IMG/VR virus record: IMGVR_UViG_3300044878_000136
Coordinates: 125,232 to 189,231 of that record
Origin: a virus
Lineage: Duplodnaviria; Heunggongvirae; Uroviricota; Caudoviricetes
Reading direction: 5' to 3' (one strand)
Length of the DNA: 64,000 nt
Part shown: piece after piece, positions 8,735 through 17,657 of the stretch
How the letters are laid out: each line of letters begins with the position of its first letter
Numbering within the stretch: the stretch's first letter is position 1
Made by a program: the position numbers and the translations under genes
The notes under the pieces: generated by a model
Told to the model about the DNA's origin: nothing
Database searches by the model: none
Seen by the model: the letters and a program-made list of their open reading frames with translations, nothing else

Positions 8735-9300
8735 TATTTAGACGCCTCTTGGTAATGATGGATGGACATCTTGCCGATGCGCAGATGGAAGGTGTGTCCA
8801 CTATCGCCACGACGGCTGACCGACATGACGTTTGTCAGTCCCACCTTGGAGTCTCTCACCAACGCCACCAGTAACTTCATCTCAGTCGAGTCGTCGCCCA
8901 AGATCTTCAACGCTTCAAGGATCTTGTCGGTCCCCTCCACGATGTAGTTCTTCAAACCGGGGACGGTGACGTCAGCGATCTTGAGCTCATTCCACTTGCG
9001 CAGATACTCCAGCGCTTTATCCAAAGTCCAGGCGTGGACATGGGTGTCGTCCTTGGTGACGTCGTCTTCAGTGATGAGACCGCGACGGTTGGTCATCGAC
9101 CAATCGATGCAGATGACCCGCTTACGCCAGCCGATGGTGATGTTACCACCGCCTTTGACGTGAACCACCCACCACGGGTACTTCTCCCGCATGTCGTCGT
9201 AGTTCGGATGATCCGGCCAGTACAGGTTAGGGGTCTTGTGGACGCCGTCGTGATCGATCTTGGCGAGGGTGAGTAGAGCCATTACTTCTTCGTGTTTCAT
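8734..9300 (-). CDS. hypothetical protein
   Basis: 188-aa ORF. Confidence 0.5.
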   Translation of the reverse strand: MKHEEVMALLTLAKIDHDGVHKTPNLYWPDHPNYDDMREKYPWWVVHVKGGGNITIGWRKRVICIDWSMTNRRGLITEDDVTKDDTHVHAWTLDKALEYLRKWNELKIADVTVPGLKNYIVEGTDKILEALKILGDDSTEMKLLVALVRDSKVGLTNVMSVSRRGDSGHTFHLRIGKMSIHHYQEASK

Positions 9301-9581
9301 TACGAATCCTTATTCTGCGTGCGCTCGCGTACTGTCTCTATTAAGCAGTTGAATGCCATCTCCCGGATCTCACCATGGAGTCGGTTAGAGGCGAACTTAT
9401 AGATGTCGTTGAGCATCATGGTGTATTTCAGGACATCATCCACCATCGCCGTGGTGACCTCGTCAGAGAAGTCCTTGGCATACGGTGCCCCGAGTAATTT
9501 ATCGATAGCCTCGAGTTTGCACTTGAGGTCATCAACTTCACCAGAGAGAAGCTTGAGTAGTTCTTTCAGTTCTTCATGCAT
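9300..9581 (-). CDS. hypothetical protein
   Basis: ORF. Its stop overlaps the start of the next gene. Confidence 0.45.
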   Translation of the reverse strand: MHEELKELLKLLSGEVDDLKCKLEAIDKLLGAPYAKDFSDEVTTAMVDDVLKYTMMLNDIYKFASNRLHGEIREMAFNCLIETVRERTQNKDS

Positions 9582-9619
9582 GATAATGTCCTTGTCTACG
9601 TTAGACTGGGTAGTGGGTG

Positions 9620-9910
9620 TTACTTCTCGCCGAGGAGGATGTGGTAGACGCCATCGCTGTAACGGATGGCTGCGGCTTTCCGGCCGAGTTCGTTGGACAG
9701 TTCTTGGTCTTCGATCTTGAAGGCCCGTTCACCGTTAGGTGTAGCAAGGACCACACCGCAGTCCTTGTAGTGCTTGAACCCACGAAAGGATTCACTACTG
9801 GCACAACCGGCTGCTTTGATCGTACCGCTCGCCGCCAGTGTTGCATCTTCTGCATCGGCGATTGCCAGGATAGGGAGGGTGATCAGTGCAGCAAGAATGA
9901 GTTTACGCAT
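9620..9910 (-). CDS. secreted small protein
   Basis: N-terminal signal peptide MRKLILAALITLPILAIADA. Confidence 0.5.
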   Translation of the reverse strand: MRKLILAALITLPILAIADAEDATLAASGTIKAAGCASSESFRGFKHYKDCGVVLATPNGERAFKIEDQELSNELGRKAAAIRYSDGVYHILLGEK

Positions 9911-10179
9911 TACCAGTCCTTAGTAGGCCAATCACAATGGCCGACGGTTCCAACATTGATGGGTGTTAGGTCGAGGGTACGGTCGAGAGGATGGACGTCA
10001 ACAAACGCATACTTGCAAACGTCCACGATCGGTTTGGGGTAGATGGGGACGATGGGCTCGGAATGCCGCATGAACGAATAGCGTTGCCAACGAGCAAGCT
10101 GCTGATTCATGTTGTCCTTACCCGTACGTCTGAACTCACCCGCCATGGTCAAACACAGCTGGAGCTTATTTAGGTACAT
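9910..10179 (-). CDS. hypothetical protein
   Basis: ORF in array. Confidence 0.4.
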   Translation of the reverse strand: MYLNKLQLCLTMAGEFRRTGKDNMNQQLARWQRYSFMRHSEPIVPIYPKPIVDVCKYAFVDVHPLDRTLDLTPINVGTVGHCDWPTKDW

Positions 10180-10183
10180 GGCG

Positions 10184-10642
10184 TTAGGCTTCCAACCCTT
10201 CGAGAATATCTTCGACGTAGTCGATCAATTCACCGAAGATGTTTTCGAAGTCACCTTCAGGGCCACCACGACCGTAGTCGCGAATAGCCTTCAGCAGAGT
10301 CTTCGGTACGTAGCCCACCAACATACAGCGCTGGAGCAGGTCCAGGATGTCGTCATTGAGCTTCGGATACGACTGGTCGTCGTTGTGGACGCCATCGACC
10401 ATGACCAGGTTATTCGGATCCAGGTCGTACAGGAAGAAGTAGTCGGCAATACCCCAGAGGACAATGATCGAGAATTCCTGATCATCTTCCTTAACGCGGT
10501 ACTCTGCGAGTTGGTTGCTATACTCCAACTCGGTATCTTCGACTTCCTCGCCCAGCTTGTTGGTGTACGGCGCCAGTGCCATAGCGCCCAGCGTCTGGAT
10601 TGCGGCACGGAGGCTTGGGAACACAGTCTTTTTCATCAACAT
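10184..10642 (-). CDS. acidic hypothetical protein
   Basis: I moved the start to the ATG at 10642, which has GGAG 8 nt upstream. The track start 10717 would overlap the downstream membrane gene. The protein is strongly acidic. Confidence 0.5.
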   Translation of the reverse strand: MLMKKTVFPSLRAAIQTLGAMALAPYTNKLGEEVEDTELEYSNQLAEYRVKEDDQEFSIIVLWGIADYFFLYDLDPNNLVMVDGVHNDDQSYPKLNDDILDLLQRCMLVGYVPKTLLKAIRDYGRGGPEGDFENIFGELIDYVEDILEGLEA

Positions 10643-10661
10643 GGAAATACTCCAAATGGAT

Positions 10662-10931
10662 TTAGCGACGGCGACGATTTTCTGCACGCCAGAGCTGAAT
10701 GAACTCAACCAGCGCACACAGGCCGATGAACATCATGAAGAGCACGAACGCCACGATAGCCAGAGGCCACAGCGTCATGATCCACCAGTACTGCCGGTCG
10801 GTGAAGGAGATCAGACCCTCCTTCCGACGTTCCCACATGTAGGGATGTTTGCGGTAATAGGTGTTGCGTCGGTAATGACAGCTTACCGCTACGAACGCCC
10901 AGATTGCGACAATAAGAAGAAACGTAATCAT
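10662..10931 (-). CDS. membrane protein, two TM helices
   Basis: Hydrophobic stretches MITFLLIVAIWAFVAV and LWPLAIVAFVLFMMFIGL. Confidence 0.5.
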   Translation of the reverse strand: MITFLLIVAIWAFVAVSCHYRRNTYYRKHPYMWERRKEGLISFTDRQYWWIMTLWPLAIVAFVLFMMFIGLCALVEFIQLWRAENRRRR

Positions 10932-11167
10932 CAGTCATCCAACTCGAATTGATCCATTAGGGCTCCGCAGCGGGCAGGTAGATCGGCTGTGTCAATCTCG
11001 CCAGCGTCACAGAGGGCAAAGACGGCCGCGATAGCTTTACGCTGCGCTTTGGATTTGTACCACGCGAGCCTAAACCGCGCGATACGCTCCTCGTGTTGTT
11101 TCTCTGACTCCTTGCGATACGCCAGTTCTTCCATCCAAGGAGTCGGATTGTGGGTGAGGAGTAGCAT
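10931..11167 (-). CDS. hypothetical protein
   Basis: ORF in array. Confidence 0.4.
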   Translation of the reverse strand: MLLLTHNPTPWMEELAYRKESEKQHEERIARFRLAWYKSKAQRKAIAAVFALCDAGEIDTADLPARCGALMDQFELDD

Positions 11168-11263
11168 TCACTTTTCGTCCGTGAACCGGCTAGCGTCACC
11201 TACTCGGATGTTGGACTCAGGTGGGTTGAGGATCGATTTGAATTGAGTCATGGTGTTGCTCCT

Positions 11264-12046
11264 TTAGAAACCAGCGGGTTCGTCTTGATCGACGTAGTAG
11301 GGGGTGTAGTAGAACACAACACCCTTCTCATGTTTGGCGGCGGCAATGCCTTGGTCGTTAATGTCTTTGACCAAGCCATCGAGTTGTTCGTTACCGAGCG
11401 TCAGGTTAGACAGATCGACCACAAACGACGACGCGGTAAACTCACGCACAGCGTCACGGGTATCGACCTTACTTGGATCAAACAGACTCCAGCTGTCGCC
11501 TTGACAGTAATCGGCGAAGTCCTCGACCTGCCCATTCTCGCGAGTCCAACCTTCAGCCAGTGCCTGAATGACAAGAGGTTGAGTATTGCAGCTGGCTAAC
11601 AGATCGCGCAGATAGGCCACGTCGAGCGCGTTCTCGGTGTTACGCACGATCTGCTGTGCGACTAGACTTCTGGCGTCTTTCAGCCGGTACTCGTAGTCGC
11701 GCAGGTTCTGATTCTCTTTGAAGCTACCTACCAGCTTGTAGAGTTTGGGGTCCGACTTGTCTAACCGGCAGTAGATCACCGGCAGTAAGTCGATCATGGC
11801 AGCGACTTCGTCCATGAGCTGAGTGTGCTTGGAGGACTGCGTTGCCACTTCCATACCGTCGTAAGTAAAGCTAAAGTGCTTACTGAGGGTATCCTGCGGA
11901 TGGGTGCAGAGGAAATTGTGCGCTTGCTGGACCAACCCAACGAGACTGCCAGCGAAAGCACTCAAGGAAGAACAGTGGATATGGACGTTGTCACCAATCT
12001 CACTGTGGATGACGGTGGTGACTGGTTTCATTGCGTAAATAGACAT
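11264..12046 (-). CDS. hypothetical protein
   Basis: 260-aa ORF. Confidence 0.55.
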   Translation of the reverse strand: MSIYAMKPVTTVIHSEIGDNVHIHCSSLSAFAGSLVGLVQQAHNFLCTHPQDTLSKHFSFTYDGMEVATQSSKHTQLMDEVAAMIDLLPVIYCRLDKSDPKLYKLVGSFKENQNLRDYEYRLKDARSLVAQQIVRNTENALDVAYLRDLLASCNTQPLVIQALAEGWTRENGQVEDFADYCQGDSWSLFDPSKVDTRDAVREFTASSFVVDLSNLTLGNEQLDGLVKDINDQGIAAAKHEKGVVFYYTPYYVDQDEPAGF

Positions 12047-12070
12047 GTCTTGATTTCCTGTGCGGAATGA

Positions 12071-12100
12071 GGGTGTTCATGCTTACAATGTACGACTACA
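12071..12100 (-). promoter_or_regulatory. candidate promoter motif, TACAT-core family A
   Basis: The coding strand reads CTGTAGTCGTACATTGTAAGCATGAAC about 42 nt upstream of the ATG at 12046. Confidence 0.35.
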
Positions 12101-12120
12101 GATCTTTACAGTAAGGGACA

Positions 12121-12160
12121 TAAAGGCTAGGCGGAATTCCCACCTAGCCGTGTGTTTATG
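12121..12160 (-). terminator. stem-loop plus TTTATGCCG box
   Basis: ggctagg...cctagcc hairpin followed by tgtgtttatgccg. The stop codon of 12156..12575 lies inside the box. Confidence 0.45.
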
Positions 12161-12575
12161 CCGCCTTGGCAGTTACTACTTTATAGCTACTGCGTCCACC
12201 AATACGCACTCCGGCGTAGAAGATGATGCAGCGTACCTTATCCACACCTTCTGCCCGCAAGGCGCGATAGAAGATCTGGTCACATTCTTTTCGAGTGGGA
12301 TAGTAGATCGTCCCATCTGCACGGACAATCCCGTAACCGCGGTAGATCCAGTCATGGATCGTGGCAGCCTTGTCTCCGTATCCCACCAACATGGCGTAGA
12401 ATAGGAGGAGTAGGAACTTCTTCAGTACGTCGATACTGGCGTAGTCGGTAATGAATCCACTCTTCGCCGTGATCACACCGAAGCCCATGATGTCATCGAA
12501 CTTGAAGTCCGCCAACAACTGGTACTGTCTCCGGGCCAGTTCCCGCGTATCCAAATGACTGAAAGCTTTTGACAT
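12156..12575 (-). CDS. hypothetical protein
   Basis: 139-aa ORF. Confidence 0.5.
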   Translation of the reverse strand: MSKAFSHLDTRELARRQYQLLADFKFDDIMGFGVITAKSGFITDYASIDVLKKFLLLLFYAMLVGYGDKAATIHDWIYRGYGIVRADGTIYYPTRKECDQIFYRALRAEGVDKVRCIIFYAGVRIGGRSSYKVVTAKAA

Positions 12576-12621
12576 GGTGAAACTCCAGAACGTATACCCT
12601 ACTCAGGGCATAGGATCTGGA

Positions 12622-12822
12622 TTAGAAGCCGTTGTGTTTCAGACACAGCTCGGTGTAGTCCTCAACAAACGACTTGGACGGAATGACCTTGCCGTCACGA
12701 CCGGTGTAACAACGTCCGGTGGATTCAGCTACTTGGATCGCTTCACGCTCTGCACGTTCCCGCTGAGACAGACGTTCTGGATTACGACGAACCATCTCAC
12801 GGAAATAACCCATATCTGGCAT
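12622..12822 (-). CDS. small hypothetical protein
   Basis: I moved the start to ATG 12822 (MPDMGYFREM...), which has TGAGGA upstream. The track start would overlap the upstream gene by 77 nt. Confidence 0.35.
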   Translation of the reverse strand: MPDMGYFREMVRRNPERLSQRERAEREAIQVAESTGRCYTGRDGKVIPSKSFVEDYTELCLKHNGF

Positions 12823-12832
12823 GGAGTAGTCC

Positions 12833-13096
12833 TCAGTTAATAAGTAGGTGTTCCGGTAAGTGGGCACGGAACTTCTTCTCAAACACGCGTGCGTCGACGA
12901 GCGAGGCAAAGGGTGTCACACGCCACTTGAAATCGGGATCGCGCTTGTAGAGGCCTATGAGGCGCTTGTTGGTACACGTTGCGGTGGTAAGGCTGGCCAA
13001 GATGTCTTTGACTTCCTGTTCTGCATCTTTTGACACTCCAGTCAACACTTGCCCGGTTGGTTTGTGTTCCAGGGTGTAGAAACCTTTGACTTTCAC
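12833..13096 (-). CDS. hypothetical protein
   Basis: ORF in array. Confidence 0.45.
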   Translation of the reverse strand: MKVKGFYTLEHKPTGQVLTGVSKDAEQEVKDILASLTTATCTNKRLIGLYKRDPDFKWRVTPFASLVDARVFEKKFRAHLPEHLLIN

Positions 13097-13152
13097 GGAT
13101 AGCGCTCCGGCATTTATTCATCCGATATACAGGTTCTGTAAGAAATAACAAC

Positions 13153-13190
13153 AAAAAAGAAAGGTCGGACTGGAGGGTTGCCCCTCCAGT
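13153..13190 (-). terminator. intrinsic terminator
   Basis: The + strand has aaaaaagaaag then CTGGAGGG-ttgc-CCCTCCAG. The minus strand has the hairpin then a T-run. Confidence 0.6.
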
Positions 13191-13209
13191 GTTCATTAAG
13201 TCTGCACCA

Positions 13210-13527
13210 TCATAGTACCAGCACATCAATGAGCGTACCCCGACCTTTCTCGTTGAACTTATCGACGGCGGCCATCAGGTGACCGCGCTCGACCCGCATC
13301 TCCCCCAACACCTCCGGGTGGAGTACTACATTGCCATCTCGGTCTACAACCAGCTCACGCAGCTCGAAGTGAGGCGCATTCAACAACAGAACCATCTTTG
13401 CCGCCACACCCTCGATGAGGAGGGTGGCTACGTATTGCGCGGAACCGCGACGCTTCGTTACTTCATCAATGTACATCCCTTCCCGCTTAACCAAGCGACC
13501 CAGTACCTTTTCAACGTTCATCACCAT
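13210..13527 (-). CDS. hypothetical protein, paralog of 13575..13883
   Basis: It shares VVLHPEVL...NEKGRGTLIDVLVL with the downstream paralog. Confidence 0.5.
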   Translation of the reverse strand: MVMNVEKVLGRLVKREGMYIDEVTKRRGSAQYVATLLIEGVAAKMVLLLNAPHFELRELVVDRDGNVVLHPEVLGEMRVERGHLMAAVDKFNEKGRGTLIDVLVL

Positions 13528-13574
13528 TCTCCTTTAGTGTGGATGTGTTACTCCCGTCCAGCGATGTGAGTCCA

Positions 13575-13883
13575 TTACAGAACCCACACGTCAGACAATT
13601 TACCGCGACCCGATTCGTTGTAGACGTAGATCGCGTGCGACATGCGGCCACGGCGAATCGACAAGGTGTCGATCACCTTCGGATGCAGAACCACCTGACC
13701 ATCAGGCATCAGGGTCAGTTCACGCAGGCGGCAATCAGCATCGTTCTCCAGCAGTACCAGCTTCTTGCCTTGTGGGCAATCGTGGATAGCGAAGAACTGA
13801 GCGACCTTGAGATCACGGCCGGACTCGTCAACATAACGACCACGGTTTGCTACCAGACGTTCCATTACGACTTTTGCGCTCAT
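13575..13883 (-). CDS. hypothetical protein, paralog of 13210..13527
   Basis: I moved the start to ATG 13883 (MSAKVVMERL...), which has AGGAG upstream. The longer track start 13931 lies inside the promoter-like motif. Confidence 0.5.
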   Translation of the reverse strand: MSAKVVMERLVANRGRYVDESGRDLKVAQFFAIHDCPQGKKLVLLENDADCRLRELTLMPDGQVVLHPKVIDTLSIRRGRMSHAIYVYNESGRGKLSDVWVL

Positions 13884-13925
13884 CTTTGTGTTACTCCTAA
13901 GATTATAATTGGTGTTACTCAAGCT

Positions 13926-13952
13926 TATCATGTACGACTGTAATTTCTTTCA
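13926..13952 (-). promoter_or_regulatory. candidate promoter motif, TACAT-core family A
   Basis: The coding strand reads AAATTACAGTCGTACATGATAAGC about 47 nt upstream of the ATG at 13883. A TTATAAT lies further downstream. Confidence 0.35.
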
Positions 13953-13953
13953 A

Positions 13954-13992
13954 CAGCATAGACGATGCGGTGGTAAGCCGCATCGTCTATGG
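13954..13992 (-). terminator. stem-loop with CAGCATAG box in the reverse arrangement
   Basis: The + strand reads tttctttcaaCAGCATAGACGATGCGG-tggtaa-GCCGCATCGTCTATGG. It lies just after the stop of 13994..14326. Confidence 0.5.
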
Positions 13993-13993
13993 A

Positions 13994-14326
13994 TTACTTC
14001 TTCTTTTTGATCAGGCCGTTATCGTAGGCGTCCTGAGTGTTCTGGGAGATGGTTCCCCACTTCAGGTTACCTGGCTTGTTGTTCTTCTTGTTGTCATCGC
14101 CATGCAGTACGATCTGGTTGGCCTTAGGAGCGCCCTTGAAGGCACGGCAGACGAGATCATGCACGTAGCAGAGGGTAGGCTTCTTATCGCCTTTCTTGTA
14201 CACAGAGACCTTCAGGTAGTGTCCTGCGTTGCCGCCCTTGGTAACGTAACCGGTGTCGTCGTTGCGGACCTCACCGTCGCTAGAGGCTGAGTAGCCAGGG
14301 TAGCCTGGAATCTTTTTCCATGCCAT
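13994..14326 (-). CDS. HNH homing endonuclease, HNH_3/NUMOD-like
   Basis: Motifs YPGYSASSDGEVRN ... GHYLKVSVYKKG ... VHDLVCRAFKG ... HGDDNKKNNKPGNLKW. Confidence 0.6.
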   Translation of the reverse strand: MAWKKIPGYPGYSASSDGEVRNDDTGYVTKGGNAGHYLKVSVYKKGDKKPTLCYVHDLVCRAFKGAPKANQIVLHGDDNKKNNKPGNLKWGTISQNTQDAYDNGLIKKKK

Positions 14327-14371
14327 GGAGGTAGTCTCACGAAAAGAAATGGGGGAGTCACATAATCAGAC

Positions 14372-14428
14372 AAAAAAAGAAAGGACCAGACGCCGGGACT
14401 GGCGTCCCGGCTATTGGTTATGCTGCAT
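14372..14428 (-). terminator. intrinsic terminator with TTATGCTG box
   Basis: caaaaaaagaaagg, a hairpin ccggga-ctggcg-tcccgg (or gacgcc/ggcgtc), then tattggTTATGCTGcataa. The stop of 14418..14612 lies inside the box. Confidence 0.6.
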
Positions 14429-14612
14429 AAGCTACAACTTCCAGAGCGGCGATCTTTGCTTCGATTTCCAGAGCTTCGTCAGAACGGATGCCATAATGAG
14501 CCATAGCACGTTCCAGGCGACGCATCAGCGCAGCTTCTTCTACTTTGAAAGCGGCAACTTTCTCAGCACGGATAGCAGCAGCGGAACGGAACAGATTGAT
14601 GATATTCGACAT
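14418..14612 (-). CDS. small hypothetical protein
   Basis: 64-aa ORF with GAGGAG 7 nt upstream of the ATG. Confidence 0.4.
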   Translation of the reverse strand: MSNIINLFRSAAAIRAEKVAAFKVEEAALMRRLERAMAHYGIRSDEALEIEAKIAALEVVAYAA

Positions 14613-14629
14613 GGTATTTCTCCTCAGGG

Positions 14630-14670
14630 GGCATAGACCACACCCGACCGAGAAGGCCAGGTGTGGTTAT
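14630..14670 (-). terminator. stem-loop with CATAGAC box
   Basis: GGCATAGACCACACC...GGTGTGGT hairpin. The minus strand reads hairpin-TCTATGCC then the SD and ATG at 14612. Confidence 0.4.
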
Positions 14671-14697
14671 GTAATAGTTAGGTTTGAACATTCGTTG

Positions 14698-14728
14698 TGA
14701 TTGTTCATGCCGACTATGTATGACTGAA
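14698..14728 (-). promoter_or_regulatory. candidate promoter motif, TACAT-core family A
   Basis: ATTGTTCATGCCGACTATGTATGACTGAAGG on the + strand is near-identical to 36693-36720. Confidence 0.4.
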
Positions 14729-14748
14729 GGATTTTTAAATGCGATTTC

Positions 14749-15243
14749 TCACCAGCTGAAGGATCTTGGCGAGACGAACACTGGGTTGCGTTTACAGGCG
14801 GCTTCAACTGCATGGCGTACTGCCTCGCGTTGTTCTTTGAAGAAGAGGAAGTGCTCATCCACTGGAGTGATGTCGCCACCAGGGGTGAACTTGAAAACTT
14901 CTTTGTGCCACTTCAGATCCGCTGGATGGATCACACCTTCTGGATCACCCAACTTAACAAACGGGATCTTCGGGTCCTTCATGCAACGTTCACGATCGCA
15001 ACCGCGCGAATGAGCGATGTACAGATCGGCGTCTGGACGTGGGCAGGTCTTGGGTTCGCCCGAATCGAAGGTGATCTCATTGACGCCCAGTTGACGCAGG
15101 TAGGTTTCGATGTCCTTGTAATACTGCGCGGCCAACGCGGTGTTCAAGTACTTGGGATTGCCTTTGATGATGACGGCCGAGAGTCGTGCCATAGTGAACC
15201 TCAAAATAAGAAAGTATGTCAGAGGGAACAGCCCCTCTGACAT
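14749..15243 (-). CDS. hypothetical protein
   Basis: 164-aa ORF. Confidence 0.5.
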   Translation of the reverse strand: MSEGLFPLTYFLILRFTMARLSAVIIKGNPKYLNTALAAQYYKDIETYLRQLGVNEITFDSGEPKTCPRPDADLYIAHSRGCDRERCMKDPKIPFVKLGDPEGVIHPADLKWHKEVFKFTPGGDITPVDEHFLFFKEQREAVRHAVEAACKRNPVFVSPRSFSW

Positions 15244-15256
15244 ATAGTAACGAGGA

Positions 15257-15658
15257 TTATTCGTGGAGGAACGCTTGATACTTGTTCACGTCTTCCAGCG
15301 CCTCGTCCAGAGTAGCTTTCAACGGCATGGTGAAGTTGTCGTTGATGTTGTCGGAATGCGACATCAATACCGAGATGTACTTGGCGATGTCTTCACAACG
15401 CACGCTACGGACCTTGGCTTCCAGCTTCTCGATGGATTCCTCTTGGGTATCACCGTACGCCAGAGGATACCACGTCGATTCGAAGTACTGAGCGAAGCCT
15501 TCTTCTGGACAACCGAGGAACAGGTCATGCAGACGGTCGTCACTCAGGCCGGGACCACCGAGGAAAGCGTAGTGGCACTTGTCCGCCTCGATCAGGTAGA
15601 CAGTGACGTCAGACACCAGTTGTTGAATCGCATCGATTGTAAGGCTACGGGAGGTCAT
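15257..15658 (-). CDS. hypothetical protein
   Basis: 133-aa ORF. Confidence 0.5.
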   Translation of the reverse strand: MTSRSLTIDAIQQLVSDVTVYLIEADKCHYAFLGGPGLSDDRLHDLFLGCPEEGFAQYFESTWYPLAYGDTQEESIEKLEAKVRSVRCEDIAKYISVLMSHSDNINDNFTMPLKATLDEALEDVNKYQAFLHE

Positions 15659-16082
15659 GGATTAACTTCCTTTCGACAAGAGTGATGACCATGCGGTCGA
15701 TGTGGGCGTGGGACCACGGGATGAAACCTTCGGAGTAACACAGACGCCACGTTCCGTCTGGTAGTTCGTCGAGGTGGTAGAACGGCGAACCTTCATCGCG
15801 AGCGAGTACAGTGTGAACGCTGATCTGGTAGCGCTTACCGTTTACTTCAAATGCCCGGCCATCTTCCCCTTCGCGAATCCAGGTGAGGATGTTGACATCG
15901 ACCTTCTGGTCAGTCACGCTGTTCATGTCGAACAACAACCAGGTGTTACCCTTCTGCTCCAGATGGAGGAAGCGCAGACCGTTCTTACCAACGTTGATGG
16001 TCTTGTAGACCACCCCAGCACGTTCCATATCGCCGACTTCCCCTTGGAACTCGACGGTTACAATCTTCTGCTTCATTGCCAT
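15645..16082 (-). CDS. hypothetical protein
   Basis: ATG at 16082 preceded by AAGTCCGAGGAGGACAGC. Confidence 0.55.
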   Translation of the reverse strand: MAMKQKIVTVEFQGEVGDMERAGVVYKTINVGKNGLRFLHLEQKGNTWLLFDMNSVTDQKVDVNILTWIREGEDGRAFEVNGKRYQISVHTVLARDEGSPFYHLDELPDGTWRLCYSEGFIPWSHAHIDRMVITLVERKLIHDLP

Positions 16083-16098
16083 GCTGTCCTCCTCGGAC

Positions 16099-16422
16099 TT
16101 AACTTGCGTTTGACTTCAGGTATTCCAGTAGACGCTCTGCACCTTCTTGATTGGTGACTTGACCCAGCAGTAGGTCTTTGTCATTACACCGCCACAGCAG
16201 TACCCAGAAGTCGCTGGTGGGGTTAGACCGACGGACCGAGTAATCCGTGACGGTACGCGGCTCGGTGGTGTGGTCCAAGGCGCTAACCATCATCATGTCG
16301 ATCCACATGGGGTCCTTATCCACGATGGTGGCTAAGTAACCTGCCGTCCGACTTGTGAGAGTCTTCGTGATGTAGCCTTCGAGCGGTTCACCGTCGGTTA
16401 CTTCGATGTCATTCATGTCCAT
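16099..16422 (-). CDS. hypothetical protein
   Basis: ORF in array. Confidence 0.45.
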   Translation of the reverse strand: MDMNDIEVTDGEPLEGYITKTLTSRTAGYLATIVDKDPMWIDMMMVSALDHTTEPRTVTDYSVRRSNPTSDFWVLLWRCNDKDLLLGQVTNQEGAERLLEYLKSNAS

Positions 16423-16694
16423 TACTTGTACGCTCGACTGTATTTCTGGATGGCCTGTTTGATGAACAACTCCACCTGCGTACCCGTCACGAATGCCGGG
16501 ATGGTTTGGCAGTCCATGACGTAGCGCGGCAGAGCTGTCCAGAAGCTGGAGGTCTCAGGCCTCAACCCAATATTGACCTGGAACCAGCTGTTCCTTTCCA
16601 AAGAACCCTCGACGAGTTCGTCGATCTTGATCTCGAGCAATTCCGTCTCGAGTTGCTGCTTGCGGTGATCACGAGCGGTGTTATCAATTGCCAT
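16422..16694 (-). CDS. hypothetical protein
   Basis: ORF. Its stop overlaps the start of the next gene. Confidence 0.45.
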   Translation of the reverse strand: MAIDNTARDHRKQQLETELLEIKIDELVEGSLERNSWFQVNIGLRPETSSFWTALPRYVMDCQTIPAFVTGTQVELFIKQAIQKYSRAYK

Positions 16695-16697
16695 GTC

Positions 16698-16874
16698 CTA
16701 CTCCTTCTTTGCCTTTACGGCACGAGTTGGTTTAGTGGTGATTTCGAACCGAGGACCAGTGTCGGTAAAGACCAACGAGACAGTACCGCCACACGCGATA
16801 GTCTCGTTAATCGAGATCCTCAGAGCATGAAGCTCTGAGGCCTTGAGTCCCTTGTTCAAACGACGGTACTGCAT
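16698..16874 (-). CDS. small hypothetical protein, start uncertain
   Basis: The track ORF 16698..17045 overlaps 16924..17208 by 122 nt. Its N-terminus is S/T/R-rich and looks like alternate-frame sequence. The tentative start is the internal Met (MQYRRLNKG...). No clear SD. Confidence 0.3.
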   Translation of the reverse strand: MQYRRLNKGLKASELHALRISINETIACGGTVSLVFTDTGPRFEITTKPTRAVKAKKE

Positions 16875-16923
16875 CAGCAAACCCAACGCATTGCGCAGGG
16901 CTGGCGATACTACAACTGCGGTA

Positions 16924-17208
16924 TCAGTCACGGATAGCTTCCGGATGGTAGTGGAAGTAGATGATGATGCTGAGCTGCGCGTTCTGTGGACCAGTGCGCT
17001 CATACACCACGCGCTCGCCGCCGGGAACATCTTCAACACGAGCATCGAAGCTTTCGTTGTCTTCGTACAGACGCTTGCGATCGATCTCGAAACCCTTCAC
17101 ACCTTCAGGTGGAATCACGCCAGATTTGCTCAGAGCGGACTCGGCATTGAAGTGACCTTTGTGACCAAGATCCAAGGCTAGGGTAATTTCAGTAATGCGT
17201 GATGTCAT
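16924..17208 (-). CDS. hypothetical protein
   Basis: ATG at 17208 preceded by AAGGAAG. Confidence 0.45.
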   Translation of the reverse strand: MTSRITEITLALDLGHKGHFNAESALSKSGVIPPEGVKGFEIDRKRLYEDNESFDARVEDVPGGERVVYERTGPQNAQLSIIIYFHYHPEAIRD

Positions 17209-17218
17209 GATTGCTTCC

Positions 17219-17635
17219 TTATGCGTTATCGATGAATTTGGCCATCAGAGTCAGTATGTCCTTCTGATCTTTTGGCCGATTGAGTTGGAGTTTCTGAATC
17301 AGCAAACTGCGGACATCGTACACGCACACGCCAATGATCATCGTCGTGGTAAACGCATGATCAAGTGGCGCGATGCTGAGCCACTCGTGATACTGAAGCA
17401 TCTCGGAGGGTTGGCCTGGACGAACCGGAAGGCGGACTATCTTTCCTCGTTTGACCGCACCGTTACGAATGCGGTTATACAGGCTACGAGGGATATGAAT
17501 ATCCAGATCCTCAGTCTCCTCGCGAAGCCCATGCATAACGCATGCACCTCCGGCAGACAGCGCCACTTGACTGGGATCGAGCTCGAAAGCCTGTACGGTT
17601 GCGTTGTAACGTTCGATCAATTCAGTGCGGTTCAT
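17219..17635 (-). CDS. minimal nucleotidyltransferase-like protein, paralog 1
   Basis: AGGACVMHGLREETEDLDIHIP fits hG[GS]-x(9-13)-DhD of pol-beta-type nucleotidyltransferases. Conserved SD AGTCCAAGGAGGAC. Confidence 0.5.
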   Translation of the reverse strand: MNRTELIERYNATVQAFELDPSQVALSAGGACVMHGLREETEDLDIHIPRSLYNRIRNGAVKRGKIVRLPVRPGQPSEMLQYHEWLSIAPLDHAFTTTMIIGVCVYDVRSLLIQKLQLNRPKDQKDILTLMAKFIDNA

Positions 17636-17657
17636 CAGAGTCCTCCTTGGACTAATG

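Noticed and set aside
7826-8755. 309-aa plus-strand ORF
   Set aside because: It is antisense to the minus genes 7649..8278 and 8444..8734, and its composition is His/Leu/Val/Asp-skewed.
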